DNA of 64,000 nt. Origin: Limnochordia bacterium (GTDB lineage: Bacteria > Bacillota > Limnochordia > DTU080). The stretch lies in the NCBI GenBank assembly GCA_050951545.1, contig JBMNJG010000006.1, forward strand, positions 1 to 64,000, given 5' to 3'. The notes under the pieces are model-generated. The model was not told the DNA's origin and did not search any database. It was given only the letters and a program-made list of their open reading frames with translations. This document shows, one piece after another, positions 41,222-51,636 of this stretch. Within the stretch, counting starts at the first letter, position 1. Every line of letters begins with the position of its first letter. A program made the translations under genes and the position numbers.

Positions 41222-42442
41222 ATGAAACGCAATTCGTTGATCACGTCGTATCTGGTACTCACGTTAATGCTTGCCATCAGCCTGTCAGCAAGTGCTGAAA
41301 TCATCACCATACAGCATCTATGTCATGGCGGCATTACCGAACAGGAGCTGTATGCACAGCTAGCAGATGGGCCCTTCAAGTCGACACACCCCAACATCAA
41401 GGTCGAGATTCTAGAGCCTGGTTCGCGCGGATGGGTCGAGAAACTGATCACGATGGTAGCAGGTGGTATCTCTCCAGACACCGTCTTCTGTGCCAACTGG
41501 TGGATTCCCGAAATGGTAGAGAAAGGGCTCTTTCTAGACATACAGGGGTATGTCTCACGCGACAAGACATGGAACGACGATGACTACTTCCCAGTGACCA
41601 TAGCGCAGACATTCTACAAAGGCGGACGTTACGGCATTCCCCGGCATTTCTCGCCGATGCTGATGTTCATTAACCAGGACCTGTTCCGCAAGAGTGGGCT
41701 CGCTGATCCTCCAGCGGATTGGACATGGGATAAGTTCGTGGAAATCGCTAGACGTCTAACGCAGAGTACCGGGAATGTGAGGACACAGTGGGGATTCGAT
41801 CTTATCGGTCCCGGCGATCTTGCGGGGGACGCACTCACAATTCCCATCGTCCGCTCTCTGGGCGGTGACCTGTTCTCAGACGACGGAATGCGACTGGCGT
41901 TGGCCGAACCCAAGAGCGTCGAGGCCATGCAATGGCTGATCGACCTGAGCAATGTGCACCATATCGCCCCAATTATCTCCGAATCCTCCGGCGGTTTCGC
42001 TGGTGGCAGAGTCGCCATGAATCTCTTTGCCTTCTATAGAATTATGCAGCTCAGAAGTGCGAATGTCCCCTTTGAGTGGGACGTGGCTCAGATACCACAA
42101 GGCCCTGCTGGCCGAGTGAATAGAGGGGCTAGCGGCACGCATGCTGTAGTCAGCACATCGAAGCACCCAGAAGAGGCATGGCAATGGATCAAGTTCCTTG
42201 CAGGAAGAGAAGCGCAGCTAGCCTTTGCCTCCAGTGGTCTGGTCATGGGTGCTAGACGTGACTCTGCAATCGTCAAGACGCTCACAAGAGACGATACGCC
42301 GCCCAAGAACATCAGTCTCTTCCTTGATGCAGCGATGGACGCTTGGCCATATCCAGCCACGCCCTACTTCAACCAGGCAGTGGCCGCCATCCGTCCCGCT
42401 ATGAACGTCGCTTGGCGTGGCGAGAAAGTCCTTTCCGGGTAG
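41222..42442 (+). CDS. SBP family 1; C-terminal helix probably frameshifted
   Basis: Signal peptide ending ASA; AGGISPDT, WTWD, HPEEAWQWIKFL. The expected terminal helix (VAINEV...QVELILQGK) lies in shifted frames at 42439-42498. Confidence 0.8.
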   Translation: MKRNSLITSYLVLTLMLAISLSASAEIITIQHLCHGGITEQELYAQLADGPFKSTHPNIKVEILEPGSRGWVEKLITMVAGGISPDTVFCANWWIPEMVEKGLFLDIQGYVSRDKTWNDDDYFPVTIAQTFYKGGRYGIPRHFSPMLMFINQDLFRKSGLADPPADWTWDKFVEIARRLTQSTGNVRTQWGFDLIGPGDLAGDALTIPIVRSLGGDLFSDDGMRLALAEPKSVEAMQWLIDLSNVHHIAPIISESSGGFAGGRVAMNLFAFYRIMQLRSANVPFEWDVAQIPQGPAGRVNRGASGTHAVVSTSKHPEEAWQWIKFLAGREAQLAFASSGLVMGARRDSAIVKTLTRDDTPPKNISLFLDAAMDAWPYPATPYFNQAVAAIRPAMNVAWRGEKVLSG

Positions 42443-42591
42443 CGATCAACGAGGTGAAAGGACCAGGTCGAGCTAATTCTGCAAGGTAAGACTCAGTGAC
42501 TGGATCGCACCAGCACAAGCAAACGCTGTTACACTAAGTGCCGTCGCTTTTCCAGACTAGATCGTCACGCTGAAAGGAGCTGCTTCTGCAG

Positions 42592-43761
42592 ATGGTTATG
42601 CGCCCGTCAACGCGCCGCAAGATGGGGCTTCGACTCGGAATCGATCGCCTACTTGGTTCCGAGTACAAGAAGCTAGAAGGCAAACGCCTCGGTCTGATCA
42701 CCAACGAGACAGGTCAGACGTCTAACCTCGTGCCTACAATCGACGCTTTGTGCGAGCACCCCCGCCTGAATCTCGTGGCCCTCTTCGGCCCCGAACACGG
42801 TGTCCGCGGGTACGCTCAAGCAGGGGCCCGGGTTTCATCAAGTACTGATCCTGGAACAGACCTGCCTGTGCATAGCCTTTACGGCAAGAGCGTGAAGCCG
42901 ACTCCCGAGATGTTGAGTGAAGTGGACGCGATCATTTTCGACATCCAAGACGCTGGAGTGCGGTTTTTCACCTACATGTCGACCCTCGCCCATGTGATGC
43001 AGGCCGCTGTGGGTACAGACATCGACATAGTGGTCCTCGATCGGCCAAACCCCATAACCGGAACCCGTGTTGAGGGCACTGTGCTCGACCCCAACTTTGC
43101 CTCGTTTGTCGGGCTATACCCCATTGCCCTGCGCCATGGCATGACTGTCGGTGAAATGGCGCACATGTTTAATGAAGCATTCGGCATTGGCTGCAAGTTG
43201 AGCGTGGTCCGGATGGAAGGATGGAATAGGTCTTCGTGGTACGACGAAACTGGGGCCTTCTGGGTGCTCCCGGGGCCGAATGTCGCCACGCTTGATTCTG
43301 CCATTTTGTACCCCGGTACCTGCCTGGTGGAAGGGGTCAATGTATCAGAGGGGCGAGGGACGACACGCGCTTTTGAGAACATCGGCGCTCCGTGGATCGA
43401 CGCCCGTGAGCTGTGGCGAAGCCTGCGCGCGCTCGATCTCGCGGGCGTGGCCTTTCGGCAAGCTTACTTCATACCCACGTTCAGTAAGTATCAGGGAGAG
43501 CTATGCGCAGGTGTACAGCTGCATGTTACCGATCGCGACACCTTTCAGCCCGTCAACACTGGGCTGCATTTGATCGCCACCCTGAAGTCCCTGTATCCGG
43601 AGCTCCTCGAATTCCGTCCACATTTCGATAGACTGCTGGGCACGGACACCGTGCGCAAGCAGCTCGAAGCCGGGCACAGCGTAGAGTCCATCGTGGCGAG
43701 CTGGGCACCTGAATTGGAGCGTTTCTGCCAGCTGCGAGACAAGTACCTTCTCTATGACTAA
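42592..43761 (+). CDS. namZ: Exo-beta-N-acetylmuramidase NamZ-like (DUF1343 / GH171)
   Basis: LFGPEHGVRG, FDIQDAGVRFFTY, VLDRPNP, RHGMTVGE, SEGRGTT. Confidence 0.85.
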   Translation: MVMRPSTRRKMGLRLGIDRLLGSEYKKLEGKRLGLITNETGQTSNLVPTIDALCEHPRLNLVALFGPEHGVRGYAQAGARVSSSTDPGTDLPVHSLYGKSVKPTPEMLSEVDAIIFDIQDAGVRFFTYMSTLAHVMQAAVGTDIDIVVLDRPNPITGTRVEGTVLDPNFASFVGLYPIALRHGMTVGEMAHMFNEAFGIGCKLSVVRMEGWNRSSWYDETGAFWVLPGPNVATLDSAILYPGTCLVEGVNVSEGRGTTRAFENIGAPWIDARELWRSLRALDLAGVAFRQAYFIPTFSKYQGELCAGVQLHVTDRDTFQPVNTGLHLIATLKSLYPELLEFRPHFDRLLGTDTVRKQLEAGHSVESIVASWAPELERFCQLRDKYLLYD

Positions 43762-43796
43762 CTCAAGCAGAGAGGATGCCGCAGAGAGCGTAATAG

Positions 43797-43850
43797 CAAG
43801 GGGGGGCGGCTCGGGAATGTCTGGAACCCCTGGAAGCCGTCCCCCCCTTG
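43797..43850. terminator. Long hairpin between convergent genes
   Basis: CAAG-G-run-CGGCT ... AGCCGT-C-run-TTG. Confidence 0.5.
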
Positions 43851-43879
43851 TACCTCGAAAAACTCGGATAGCATCACGC

Positions 43880-45124
43880 CTACTTGCCAAAAACCGCGGC
43901 GAAATCCATTTCTAGCAGAGTCTGGGCTTCATCGAGAGCCGCCTTTGGCGATTGCTTGAGCCCGGCTACGTCTGTCATCACCTTCTGCGTCCGATTTATG
44001 AAAGGTGGATGCCACAATGGAGGCCGTCCCCAGGCCTCGTCTGCTTGGCCCAACAGTGCTCTCTGGGCAGCGGGAAGCTCATTTCGAATGAGAGCTATCG
44101 CGTCGGGACGCGTCGGCAGGCGCGTCGTCTGACGCCACCAGCTCGCCTGAGTCTCCTTGCGCGAAAGCCAATTCAGCAGAATCCTGGTGTCTTCCGTGAC
44201 ATGAGCACCAATCGGTACTGAGTGTGCAGTGCCCCCCAACCAAGTGCCGTTGTGCCCGTACTCTGGATGTGGGAATTCCCCAACACCATAGCTGAAGTGC
44301 GGGTATCTGGCGGCGATGATGCCCACCTGACCGCTCTCGTGAGCTATCATGGCGAGCCTGCCTTGGTAGAAGGGATCAGTTCCCAGCGATGCTGTGACTG
44401 CAGCGTAGCTGTAACGCTCACCGTAGCTCTGTATCCACTCAAATCCGCGTACATGGTTAGGTGTGTTGATTGTGGGTCGCTTGGTGGCTGCGTCATAGAT
44501 CTCGCCCCCAAAAGTGTACAACCAACCCACAGCATACCAATTACCAGTCCATGGAATGAATCCGAGCTGTGTGAACTTGCCCTCCGCATCGCCTTTGGTC
44601 AGCTTTCTGGCCATATCGTCCAGTACCGCTAAGGTTGCTGGCGCCCGCGAATCATCGAAACCGCCTTGCCCTAGAAGATCCTTGTTCCAGTACAGTCCAC
44701 GGATGTCGGTGTCCCAAGGCACTCCGTAGCACTCGCCTTCATGCTGCACCTCGCTGTAGGTACCGGGTAACCAAGCACTGCGCACCGGGGTGTCGACAAA
44801 TCTGTCTAGGGGTTGGAGCAATCCCTTGTGTGCCATTTCCCGAATGTGCGACCTTTCACAATGTACGATATCGGGCGGCGCTCCTCCGGCGATGAGAGTT
44901 ACAAGCCTATCAAGCCCTCCACCACCTCTCAGCGGCTCAACCTCAATTCCCGGGTGCTCCTTCTTGAACTGCTCGATCAACCCCAGATACACGGGATCAA
45001 CAACGTCTTCGGCGTACCAGTTGTACTGGTAAACTACCCTGGCCATGGCTGACGGCACTACACACAAACCGACCAGCGTCACGAGCACTCCAACCAAACA
45101 CGGCCGACACAAGAATACCTTCAT
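43880..45124 (-). CDS. SBP family 1
   Basis: RBS GGGAGG; signal peptide ending AMA; AGGAPPDI, YWNKDLL, GFIPW. Confidence 0.85.
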   Translation of the reverse strand: MKVFLCRPCLVGVLVTLVGLCVVPSAMARVVYQYNWYAEDVVDPVYLGLIEQFKKEHPGIEVEPLRGGGGLDRLVTLIAGGAPPDIVHCERSHIREMAHKGLLQPLDRFVDTPVRSAWLPGTYSEVQHEGECYGVPWDTDIRGLYWNKDLLGQGGFDDSRAPATLAVLDDMARKLTKGDAEGKFTQLGFIPWTGNWYAVGWLYTFGGEIYDAATKRPTINTPNHVRGFEWIQSYGERYSYAAVTASLGTDPFYQGRLAMIAHESGQVGIIAARYPHFSYGVGEFPHPEYGHNGTWLGGTAHSVPIGAHVTEDTRILLNWLSRKETQASWWRQTTRLPTRPDAIALIRNELPAAQRALLGQADEAWGRPPLWHPPFINRTQKVMTDVAGLKQSPKAALDEAQTLLEMDFAAVFGK

Positions 45125-45382
45125 CAGTGATACCTCCCATTTCCGTACAGCTCTAGGGATGTGTCCGGGCGCGAGAGTGTGCGGTTAGCCGTGCATTCGT
45201 TCATTAAATATACTTATATTTTTCCTATGCATATCCTTTGTTTCGGGTGCTAATGACAGTCTTATCCGAAACTGGCTATTGTATGGGTCCAGCCACACGG
45301 GCCACCACGCTACAAGTGTAGGGCCCTCCAAGCACGCCGTTGAGGGGCCCTTCCTCTGTTGAAAACAAGCGAGTGACAGCGT

Positions 45383-46522
45383 TCAGCCTTCCGCCCGCAG
45401 TGCCTTCCACTCGTCGATCATGGCCATCACGTTCTCCCACTGCCATTGTGGCCTGATAGACGGTACAGCAGTGAGAATGAAACCCTCCCTGCCAAACACC
45501 TCGATAGCCTTTCTGACCGCTACCCGCACATCGTCTGGCTTTCCCTCACCGATGTGTATCGGCGCGCTCACCCCGCCTCCGAGGCATTTCGTGCGCCCTA
45601 GCTCGCTCGCGATTCGGTGCATGTCTTGGCCGCCCAGCACAGGCTCGATCGTGTCGAGGTAATCGAAGTCCATCTCAGCCAGGATGGGGATGAGAGGCAT
45701 GATACCCGTGCACATCGTGTAGTTGAAGATGCAACCCGCATCATGAGCCATGGCGATCTCCTTCTCGACATGCGGCCTAATGTAGCGTGCATACTGCTTG
45801 GGGCTCCAGAAGTCTGTGCTCTCGTACCAGCCATTGCGACGTACCACGTCAACGCCCAGATCAAGCAAGATCTCGAGGCATCCCACAGCCGTTTGGTGGA
45901 CTATCTCGGAAAACCTGTCGAACGTCTCTGGTTCGTCCATGGAAAGAAGTGCCCCGCCCTCTACACCGAAGAGCGAAAGAGCGGCTGTGAGGCCCAGAGT
46001 ATAGGTGGCCAGTACGGGTACCTGAAACCTCTCCACAATCGGCGCGAGATGCCTCCAACGCTGGCGAGCCTTCCCCACCTGCTGATCCCCAGGAGGCAGA
46101 TGGCAGTACGCAAACCGCTCCACATCCTCGAGCGACTCCAGCCACGGCTTCACGTATCTGGAAACGTTGAAATCAGAGACAAAAGGGATGTCCTGCCCAT
46201 GGGGCCAATCCTCGGTCTTCCTCACGACCGCCCGGAGCGTGCCTCGTGGGGTCTCCACCTCTTTCACCAACAGTGGATAGGGCTCTCCTGGCCGCTGCTC
46301 TTCCCACACTCGCCAGCTCACATCCGGATGGATGCGCACGTCCACGCCAAAGTGAGTGATCGCATCAGCTCCGAGCTTCCCGATGATCACCTCAAGCCGC
46401 TCCACCTCGTTTGCCCACTGATACCCCTCCACCTGAGGCGTCGACCAAAAAGCAGGCAGGCACGGGACGTAGTCGGTCGCCTGCCTCTTCATGGCTGCGA
46501 TAAGCCGCTCCTTTGATGTCAT
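45383..46522 (-). CDS. Uroporphyrinogen decarboxylase-family (MtaA/CmuA-like) protein
   Basis: MTSKERLIAAM.RQATDYVP N-terminus; ETPRGTL; WSPKQY; GRTKCLGGGV; GFIL...ENVMAMI. Confidence 0.75.
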   Translation of the reverse strand: MTSKERLIAAMKRQATDYVPCLPAFWSTPQVEGYQWANEVERLEVIIGKLGADAITHFGVDVRIHPDVSWRVWEEQRPGEPYPLLVKEVETPRGTLRAVVRKTEDWPHGQDIPFVSDFNVSRYVKPWLESLEDVERFAYCHLPPGDQQVGKARQRWRHLAPIVERFQVPVLATYTLGLTAALSLFGVEGGALLSMDEPETFDRFSEIVHQTAVGCLEILLDLGVDVVRRNGWYESTDFWSPKQYARYIRPHVEKEIAMAHDAGCIFNYTMCTGIMPLIPILAEMDFDYLDTIEPVLGGQDMHRIASELGRTKCLGGGVSAPIHIGEGKPDDVRVAVRKAIEVFGREGFILTAVPSIRPQWQWENVMAMIDEWKALRAEG

Positions 46523-46624
46523 AGCACACCCTCCCCACCCTGAATTCTGCATCAAACATACCATTCACTAAGCACACACTGCCACTGTGACAGAAATCGC
46601 GCCACAGGCGGTCAGCATGTTAGG

Positions 46625-47437
46625 TTTGCGGAATCTGGTCTCCAGCCATTCGGTTCACTCAAGGGCAACTGGAATTGGCAAGACTTCCGCGACCTGGCCC
46701 GTAAGCTGGCACGTTTTGGTGCCGATGCCACGGTGGAGCGCTACGGAGCTAGTAGCTGGACCTTTCAGCAGTGGGTGTATAACGCAGGAGGTTGGCCGTT
46801 TGATCGTTTTGTCGACCCCACGAAAGCTACACTCTTGTCCGAACCCTGTATCACGGCCATCAGCTTCCTACGCTCCATGATCCACGAAGATCGGACGCTC
46901 ATGCAGGCATATCATCGCCTCTATGGTGGAGGGGCAGTCGCCTCCATCTCTACAAGCGCCGGTCCCGCCCTGACCCTCCTCCTGCGCGCCGATGGCTCGG
47001 TGCCTGAATGGAGCTATGGTCCACAACCGAAACTGGTGCGCCAAGGCACGGATGTTCAGTCGATCGGGGTCTCGATGAGTGCCAACACTAATAGTCCTGC
47101 TGCGGCCTGGAAGTGGATGGTATTCCTGGCCACTGAATGCGCACCGCTCCACATCGCAAACACAGGACGGCCTGTGCCCTACAGTGGGGCTGCGCGGCGC
47201 TATCTGAACTACTACCCGAACCCGTCTCCCTATGAATACGTGTGGATCGATCTGGTGTCGCACCCCGACGCCTTTGGCAGGCCAGTGGTAGATCAGCAGA
47301 TCTGGACCCAAGTGGAAACCCGTGTCATCCGCCCCGGAGGTGTCCTGGCAGCACAGGCGGTCGCAGTTGAAAGCGTTCTGCGACAGTTTCAGGACGAGCT
47401 GAATGCAGTTCTTCCTGCCCTTAGGATGGAGAAGTAG
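46625..47437 (+). pseudogene. SBP family 1, 5'-truncated
   Basis: Frame reads FAESGLQP...NWNWQDFRDLARKL...AAAWKWMVFL; signal peptide and N-terminal lobe are missing. Confidence 0.7.
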
Positions 47438-47477
47438 CCCTAGGCCCATCTACTCACACAGGCATATGCGGTGGATT

Positions 47478-47592
47478 GCGGGCCACGTAGATCATGTAGA
47501 TCGTGCCATCGGGAGCCTGGACACCGTCTAGATAGGATACGCCAGTACGAGCACCTAAGGTCAGGCCTCCACACCGGGTTGCACCCTCAATA
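47478..47592 (-). pseudogene. Remnant of a sialidase-family (BNR repeat) gene C-terminus
   Basis: EGATRCGGLTLGARTGVSYLDGVQAPDGTIYMIY resembles the motif DEG.TW.GGL.LD.R.GVSYPD..Q..DG.IY.IY. Confidence 0.5.
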
Positions 47593-47670
47593 CCAGTAGC
47601 ATAAGGCTGATCTCGCTACTCAGCTGACTTGGGTAGAAGGCCCCTACAGGCATAGTGGGCAAATACCGCC

Positions 47671-48774
47671 CTAAGCCTGCAACTCCCGCCAGAGAGCCAC
47701 CACCCCATCGGGATCACTATCTGCTGGACCGTGCAACAGCAGGCCTCGCTTCTGGCCGCCGAGTGCGTGCCAAATGCGCCGGTAGTACTCCGTGGACGGA
47801 GGGCTATCCCTATAGGGCAGGTTGCCGTTAAATACCAAACCAGCCGCCTGGCAATCGGCTATCACCTCATCGGGGCAAAAGCGCTGCGGATCGCCGAAGT
47901 TGAGTCCGCTGGCCTCAGGGATGTCATGCAGACATGCCCGATAAAGATGCGGGTTACTGCCACAGAAATGAATCCACCCCCCACCAAAGGCCTGAAGCAG
48001 CTGCCGTATGTAGGGCACCCCAAACTCCTGAATGTGGCTGTCGGACAGCAGTGTGGTCGTGTCCTCACTGGTCTTGATACCACCGCTGCTAGCGTAGATG
48101 CCGTTATAGTGGTAGGCCCACTCCCCTGCCTCGCCGTTCACTTCTTTGCAGGCCCTGATGCCCTTGATCAAGGCCTGAGTGCATAGCTCGAGCAAGTGAT
48201 GCATGAAGGGTGGGTCGTCATAGAGCTCCGTGAAAAAACTGTCGCCTATCGCCTGATGAGCGGTGTCGATAGGCCCCTGCACATCCATCGTATAGACAAA
48301 GGCCCGCCCTTGTAGAGTCTCCTGGAAGAAGGCCATGTACTCGAGGCCGCGGGCAAACTCGCCCGTATAAGGATCGATGTCATCCGGGGTCATCTGCATC
48401 AGCTTCTGCTTGCTGACATGCCCCGTGATCCAAGGACGGACGTCAGGCCGAATGGTGTACTCCGCGCCTAGTAGCGTGGGGAATATGCCACAGCCCATGT
48501 CCGCCCGCATCGAAGGTATGCTATCGCCCGGAGAGTAGGCCGACTGGAGCAGGCCTGGAAGATGGTTATAGAGCATCTTGACGGGGTCATAGTAGGCCTC
48601 TCGCAGGTCATAGGTGGGCAGACCCGACAGGTACTCTCGGGGTGGTTTCCCAGGGATCACAAGCGGCAGTACGTCGGGCTCCCGGCCCTCCCACACTGCC
48701 GCCATGCGTTCACGGGCTTTCTCCACCCGCACACCCATTACTGGTAACCGCTCTACGGCCGCATCCAACTCCAC
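47671..48774 (-). CDS. Uroporphyrinogen decarboxylase-family (MtaA-like TIM barrel) protein
   Basis: MDVQGPIDTAH...FTELYDDPPFMHHLL, SEDTTTLLS...EFGVPY, GWIHFCG. Confidence 0.7.
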   Translation of the reverse strand: MELDAAVERLPVMGVRVEKARERMAAVWEGREPDVLPLVIPGKPPREYLSGLPTYDLREAYYDPVKMLYNHLPGLLQSAYSPGDSIPSMRADMGCGIFPTLLGAEYTIRPDVRPWITGHVSKQKLMQMTPDDIDPYTGEFARGLEYMAFFQETLQGRAFVYTMDVQGPIDTAHQAIGDSFFTELYDDPPFMHHLLELCTQALIKGIRACKEVNGEAGEWAYHYNGIYASSGGIKTSEDTTTLLSDSHIQEFGVPYIRQLLQAFGGGWIHFCGSNPHLYRACLHDIPEASGLNFGDPQRFCPDEVIADCQAAGLVFNGNLPYRDSPPSTEYYRRIWHALGGQKRGLLLHGPADSDPDGVVALWRELQA

Positions 48775-48909
48775 GGCGCACCCCCTGACTCACGTAGTCA
48801 TAACACGGTGCTCTTTCGTAGCCCAGGGATGCTTCTCCTTCTGCTATGGATGGGGCTTCGTCTGCGACCGCCGTATACGCTTGCCCTCGTATCCACACTA
48901 CGCGTTAGT

Positions 48910-50175
48910 CTATTTCCCCCTCAACACAGGTCGGATTTCCGCTGCAGCGTTGGCCATCGCGTTCTGCGGAGACACCGCACGGGAAAAGACAGTTGCCAGA
49001 TGACGGTTCATAATCGTGTTTAGCTCCCCGTAAGTGGTCCAGTAGTTCATGTTGTGAATGCGATTCTCCCCATAGAGAGTGTTCATCAGGAAATCCTGGA
49101 CAGAACGCCTCTGATCGGTAGGCAGACGCGAGAAGTACATCTCCCACAGCGACGAGCTTTGTATGATAGGCTGCCTGTTATCATGCACCACCCATGCCTG
49201 CTGCCCTTCATGAGTGAGAAACCATTCAAGCACTTGCCAGCTTTGGTCAGGTTTCGCGGCATTAAACGGTATACTCCACAAGTGACCCTGTGCAAAGCTA
49301 TCTCCATTGCTCGGACCCAAGGGGAAGGTCATAAGGCGCCAGTCATAATTCACCCGGTTGGCTAGATCAAAGGCTGTAGATACCCAGCCCGCGAAAATGC
49401 CGTAACCCCCGTCCCATTCGTTACGAGCAGCCGCAACCCCAGGGCCTGGCACAGCACCATAGTTGTAGATCAGATCTAACCACATCTCGAGCATCTCGAT
49501 CATGGGAGGCTCTTCAATGCACACGTCGGTTCGGTCGTCATTCAGCCATCCTGTCCCGTTAAAGAGCACCGCCCACTGCCAGTTCACCGTACTCCAGTGG
49601 CCCATCAGCTGCGACCCGTATACCCCTTTTGTCGGCTTAGCTAGGCGCCTGACGTACGTTTGCCAGGCCTCCATGGTCCAGTTGGTGTCCGGCTGCACCA
49701 AACCAGCCTGGGCGACTAGGTCTCCGTTGAGTACCAGGATTCGAGCATTGTAGTCGTGTGGTACGCCGTAGATGCGACCTTTGTAGCTGGCCGCCTCTTC
49801 GGCAAAAGGGTACGGTCGGGCTCTTTTGATGACGACGCTGCTTTGCCAGCGCTCGGTGAGATCCAAGAGGAGCCCTTGCTCAACCCACTGCGGTTTGTAC
49901 TGCGCCCAGGCCTGGAAGATGTCTGGTGGTGCACCAGCGGCAACCATCACGGCTATCTTCTCGGGATAGCCGTTGTAGGGATACGCATCGATGCGCAGCT
50001 CGTATTCCGGGTGCGCAGCATTGAACACCGCAGCCACTTTGGCATGTCGTGTGTAGACCATGGGGTCTTCAGCGCCATAGGTGGCCAGCAGAATGGGTGT
50101 CTTCGCGTCGGCACAGCCAGCAAAAACTGCAAGAAGGAGTACAATCAGCGCCAGGGTTCGGTTTACCAGCTTCAT
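48910..50175 (-). CDS. SBP family 1
   Basis: RBS AAGGGGG; signal peptide; AAGAPPDI, NWTME, SWQVLEWF. Confidence 0.85.
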   Translation of the reverse strand: MKLVNRTLALIVLLLAVFAGCADAKTPILLATYGAEDPMVYTRHAKVAAVFNAAHPEYELRIDAYPYNGYPEKIAVMVAAGAPPDIFQAWAQYKPQWVEQGLLLDLTERWQSSVVIKRARPYPFAEEAASYKGRIYGVPHDYNARILVLNGDLVAQAGLVQPDTNWTMEAWQTYVRRLAKPTKGVYGSQLMGHWSTVNWQWAVLFNGTGWLNDDRTDVCIEEPPMIEMLEMWLDLIYNYGAVPGPGVAAARNEWDGGYGIFAGWVSTAFDLANRVNYDWRLMTFPLGPSNGDSFAQGHLWSIPFNAAKPDQSWQVLEWFLTHEGQQAWVVHDNRQPIIQSSSLWEMYFSRLPTDQRRSVQDFLMNTLYGENRIHNMNYWTTYGELNTIMNRHLATVFSRAVSPQNAMANAAAEIRPVLRGK

Positions 50176-50311
50176 TCTGATATCCCCCTTCATTCAGATC
50201 ATCTCACCCAGTCGTCGTGTACTGGCGGCATTGCGCCAGGGAATATCCTACTTCCGCTCCTCGCTCATCTCTGGCACCCAAGATGCGGCCCACTAGCAGC
50301 CCTTGGCGAAT

Positions 50312-51559
50312 CTACTCCTTAGCCAGTTCGACGTTCATGATGTGTTCTGCTCGCATGAGAGCTTCGGGCACCGCGACTCTCCCATCAAAGGCTGCGACAA
50401 ACTCCCGGCCTACCGGGTCTCGAAATCGGTCATAGCGTGTGTGTTTGACACCATGGAGCAACAAGGGTGAGTGAACAGCAGCTAGCATCTGTGTCTTGAG
50501 GGGGTGCGTTTGAAACTCGGGGTCACTAAAAAGCGAACGGCGCACGGGAAGCATGCCGCGGTGAACAAGGTATTCCTTGAGGTTTTTTGGTTGCACCCAC
50601 GCTTCAATCACCCGCCAGGCGTCGTCGGGAACCTTGCTGGATGAGGTAATAAAGAGATTCGCCGACATCACATGCAGGTTATCGGTACCAGCGATAGGAC
50701 CGGGATATCTGTCGAAAGCAAGCAATCCTGGATCTGCGGCGTCAGGTCGGGCCGCGCAGAGAGTGGCCCAATATGCTCCACTCCAGCTGTAGTAGATGCC
50801 ACCCTTTCCGTCAACAAGCTGAACTTGGTCCGGCGATTGTCGCCCGCCGATCTCCGTAAGGTCACGCAAGTAGTCCATGGCCCGTATGCCTTCTGCATGG
50901 GTGAGTTTGACTTGAGTATCTCTTTCTGAAATAATGCTCACGCCCTGCTGCCTGAAGAGGCTTTCCACAAGGGCCATCTGGTACAGGATACCGCGCTCTA
51001 CCCGCACCCCCCAGCGCTCGATATTCCCATCGCTGCCCACGCGCGTGAGGCGCCGAGCAGCTACCAGCATCTCCTCCCAGGTCTTTGGGCACTCTTTCAT
51101 CGCAGCTTCGGCAAGGACGTTCCGATTCCATAGTACGCCCCAAGGCCAGACCATGAAGGGCATGGCCTGCAGCTCACCACGATAGGTAAGTCCCTCGATC
51201 ACATCGGGCAGGAAGTCGTTCCGATTCGGAAGGGCGTTGAAGTAGCGGTTGAGAGGTAGTGTGATGCCAGCCTCCACCCACCGCCCCACGACGGAGTCTA
51301 CCTCGTAGACGATGTCAGGCCCGACGCCCGCAGCTATGGTGACGGGGAGCTTGTCACGTGGACTGGCCGTTTGTGTCTCCAGCTCAAGTTTGATGTCGGG
51401 GTTCTCTCTTTCGAAGGCGACCCCCCATTCCTTCACCCATGGTTCGGCCTCAGCCTGCCAATGCATCCACCACGTGACTGACGTCTTAGCACATGATAAT
51501 GCCCCAGCCAAACCGACACACAGCAAACAGCAGCCTATTACTCTCCACGCCTTTCCCAT
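50312..51559 (-). CDS. SBP family 1
   Basis: ATG 51559 after GGGAGG; AAGVGPDI, PKTWEE, DDAWRVIE. Confidence 0.85.
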   Translation of the reverse strand: MGKAWRVIGCCLLCVGLAGALSCAKTSVTWWMHWQAEAEPWVKEWGVAFERENPDIKLELETQTASPRDKLPVTIAAGVGPDIVYEVDSVVGRWVEAGITLPLNRYFNALPNRNDFLPDVIEGLTYRGELQAMPFMVWPWGVLWNRNVLAEAAMKECPKTWEEMLVAARRLTRVGSDGNIERWGVRVERGILYQMALVESLFRQQGVSIISERDTQVKLTHAEGIRAMDYLRDLTEIGGRQSPDQVQLVDGKGGIYYSWSGAYWATLCAARPDAADPGLLAFDRYPGPIAGTDNLHVMSANLFITSSSKVPDDAWRVIEAWVQPKNLKEYLVHRGMLPVRRSLFSDPEFQTHPLKTQMLAAVHSPLLLHGVKHTRYDRFRDPVGREFVAAFDGRVAVPEALMRAEHIMNVELAKE

Positions 51560-51636
51560 CTTCCAGCGCCTCCCTCTTTGCTTTGGTCTTCCTACAGTAC
51601 GGGGCCCGTTGGCAGGCGCGCTCACCGCGCTCACTC

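Noticed and set aside
45617-46516. 299-aa plus-strand ORF and other long antisense ORFs (e.g. 21595..22338, 29671..30411)
   Set aside because: Shadow ORFs opposite well-supported genes in GC-rich DNA.
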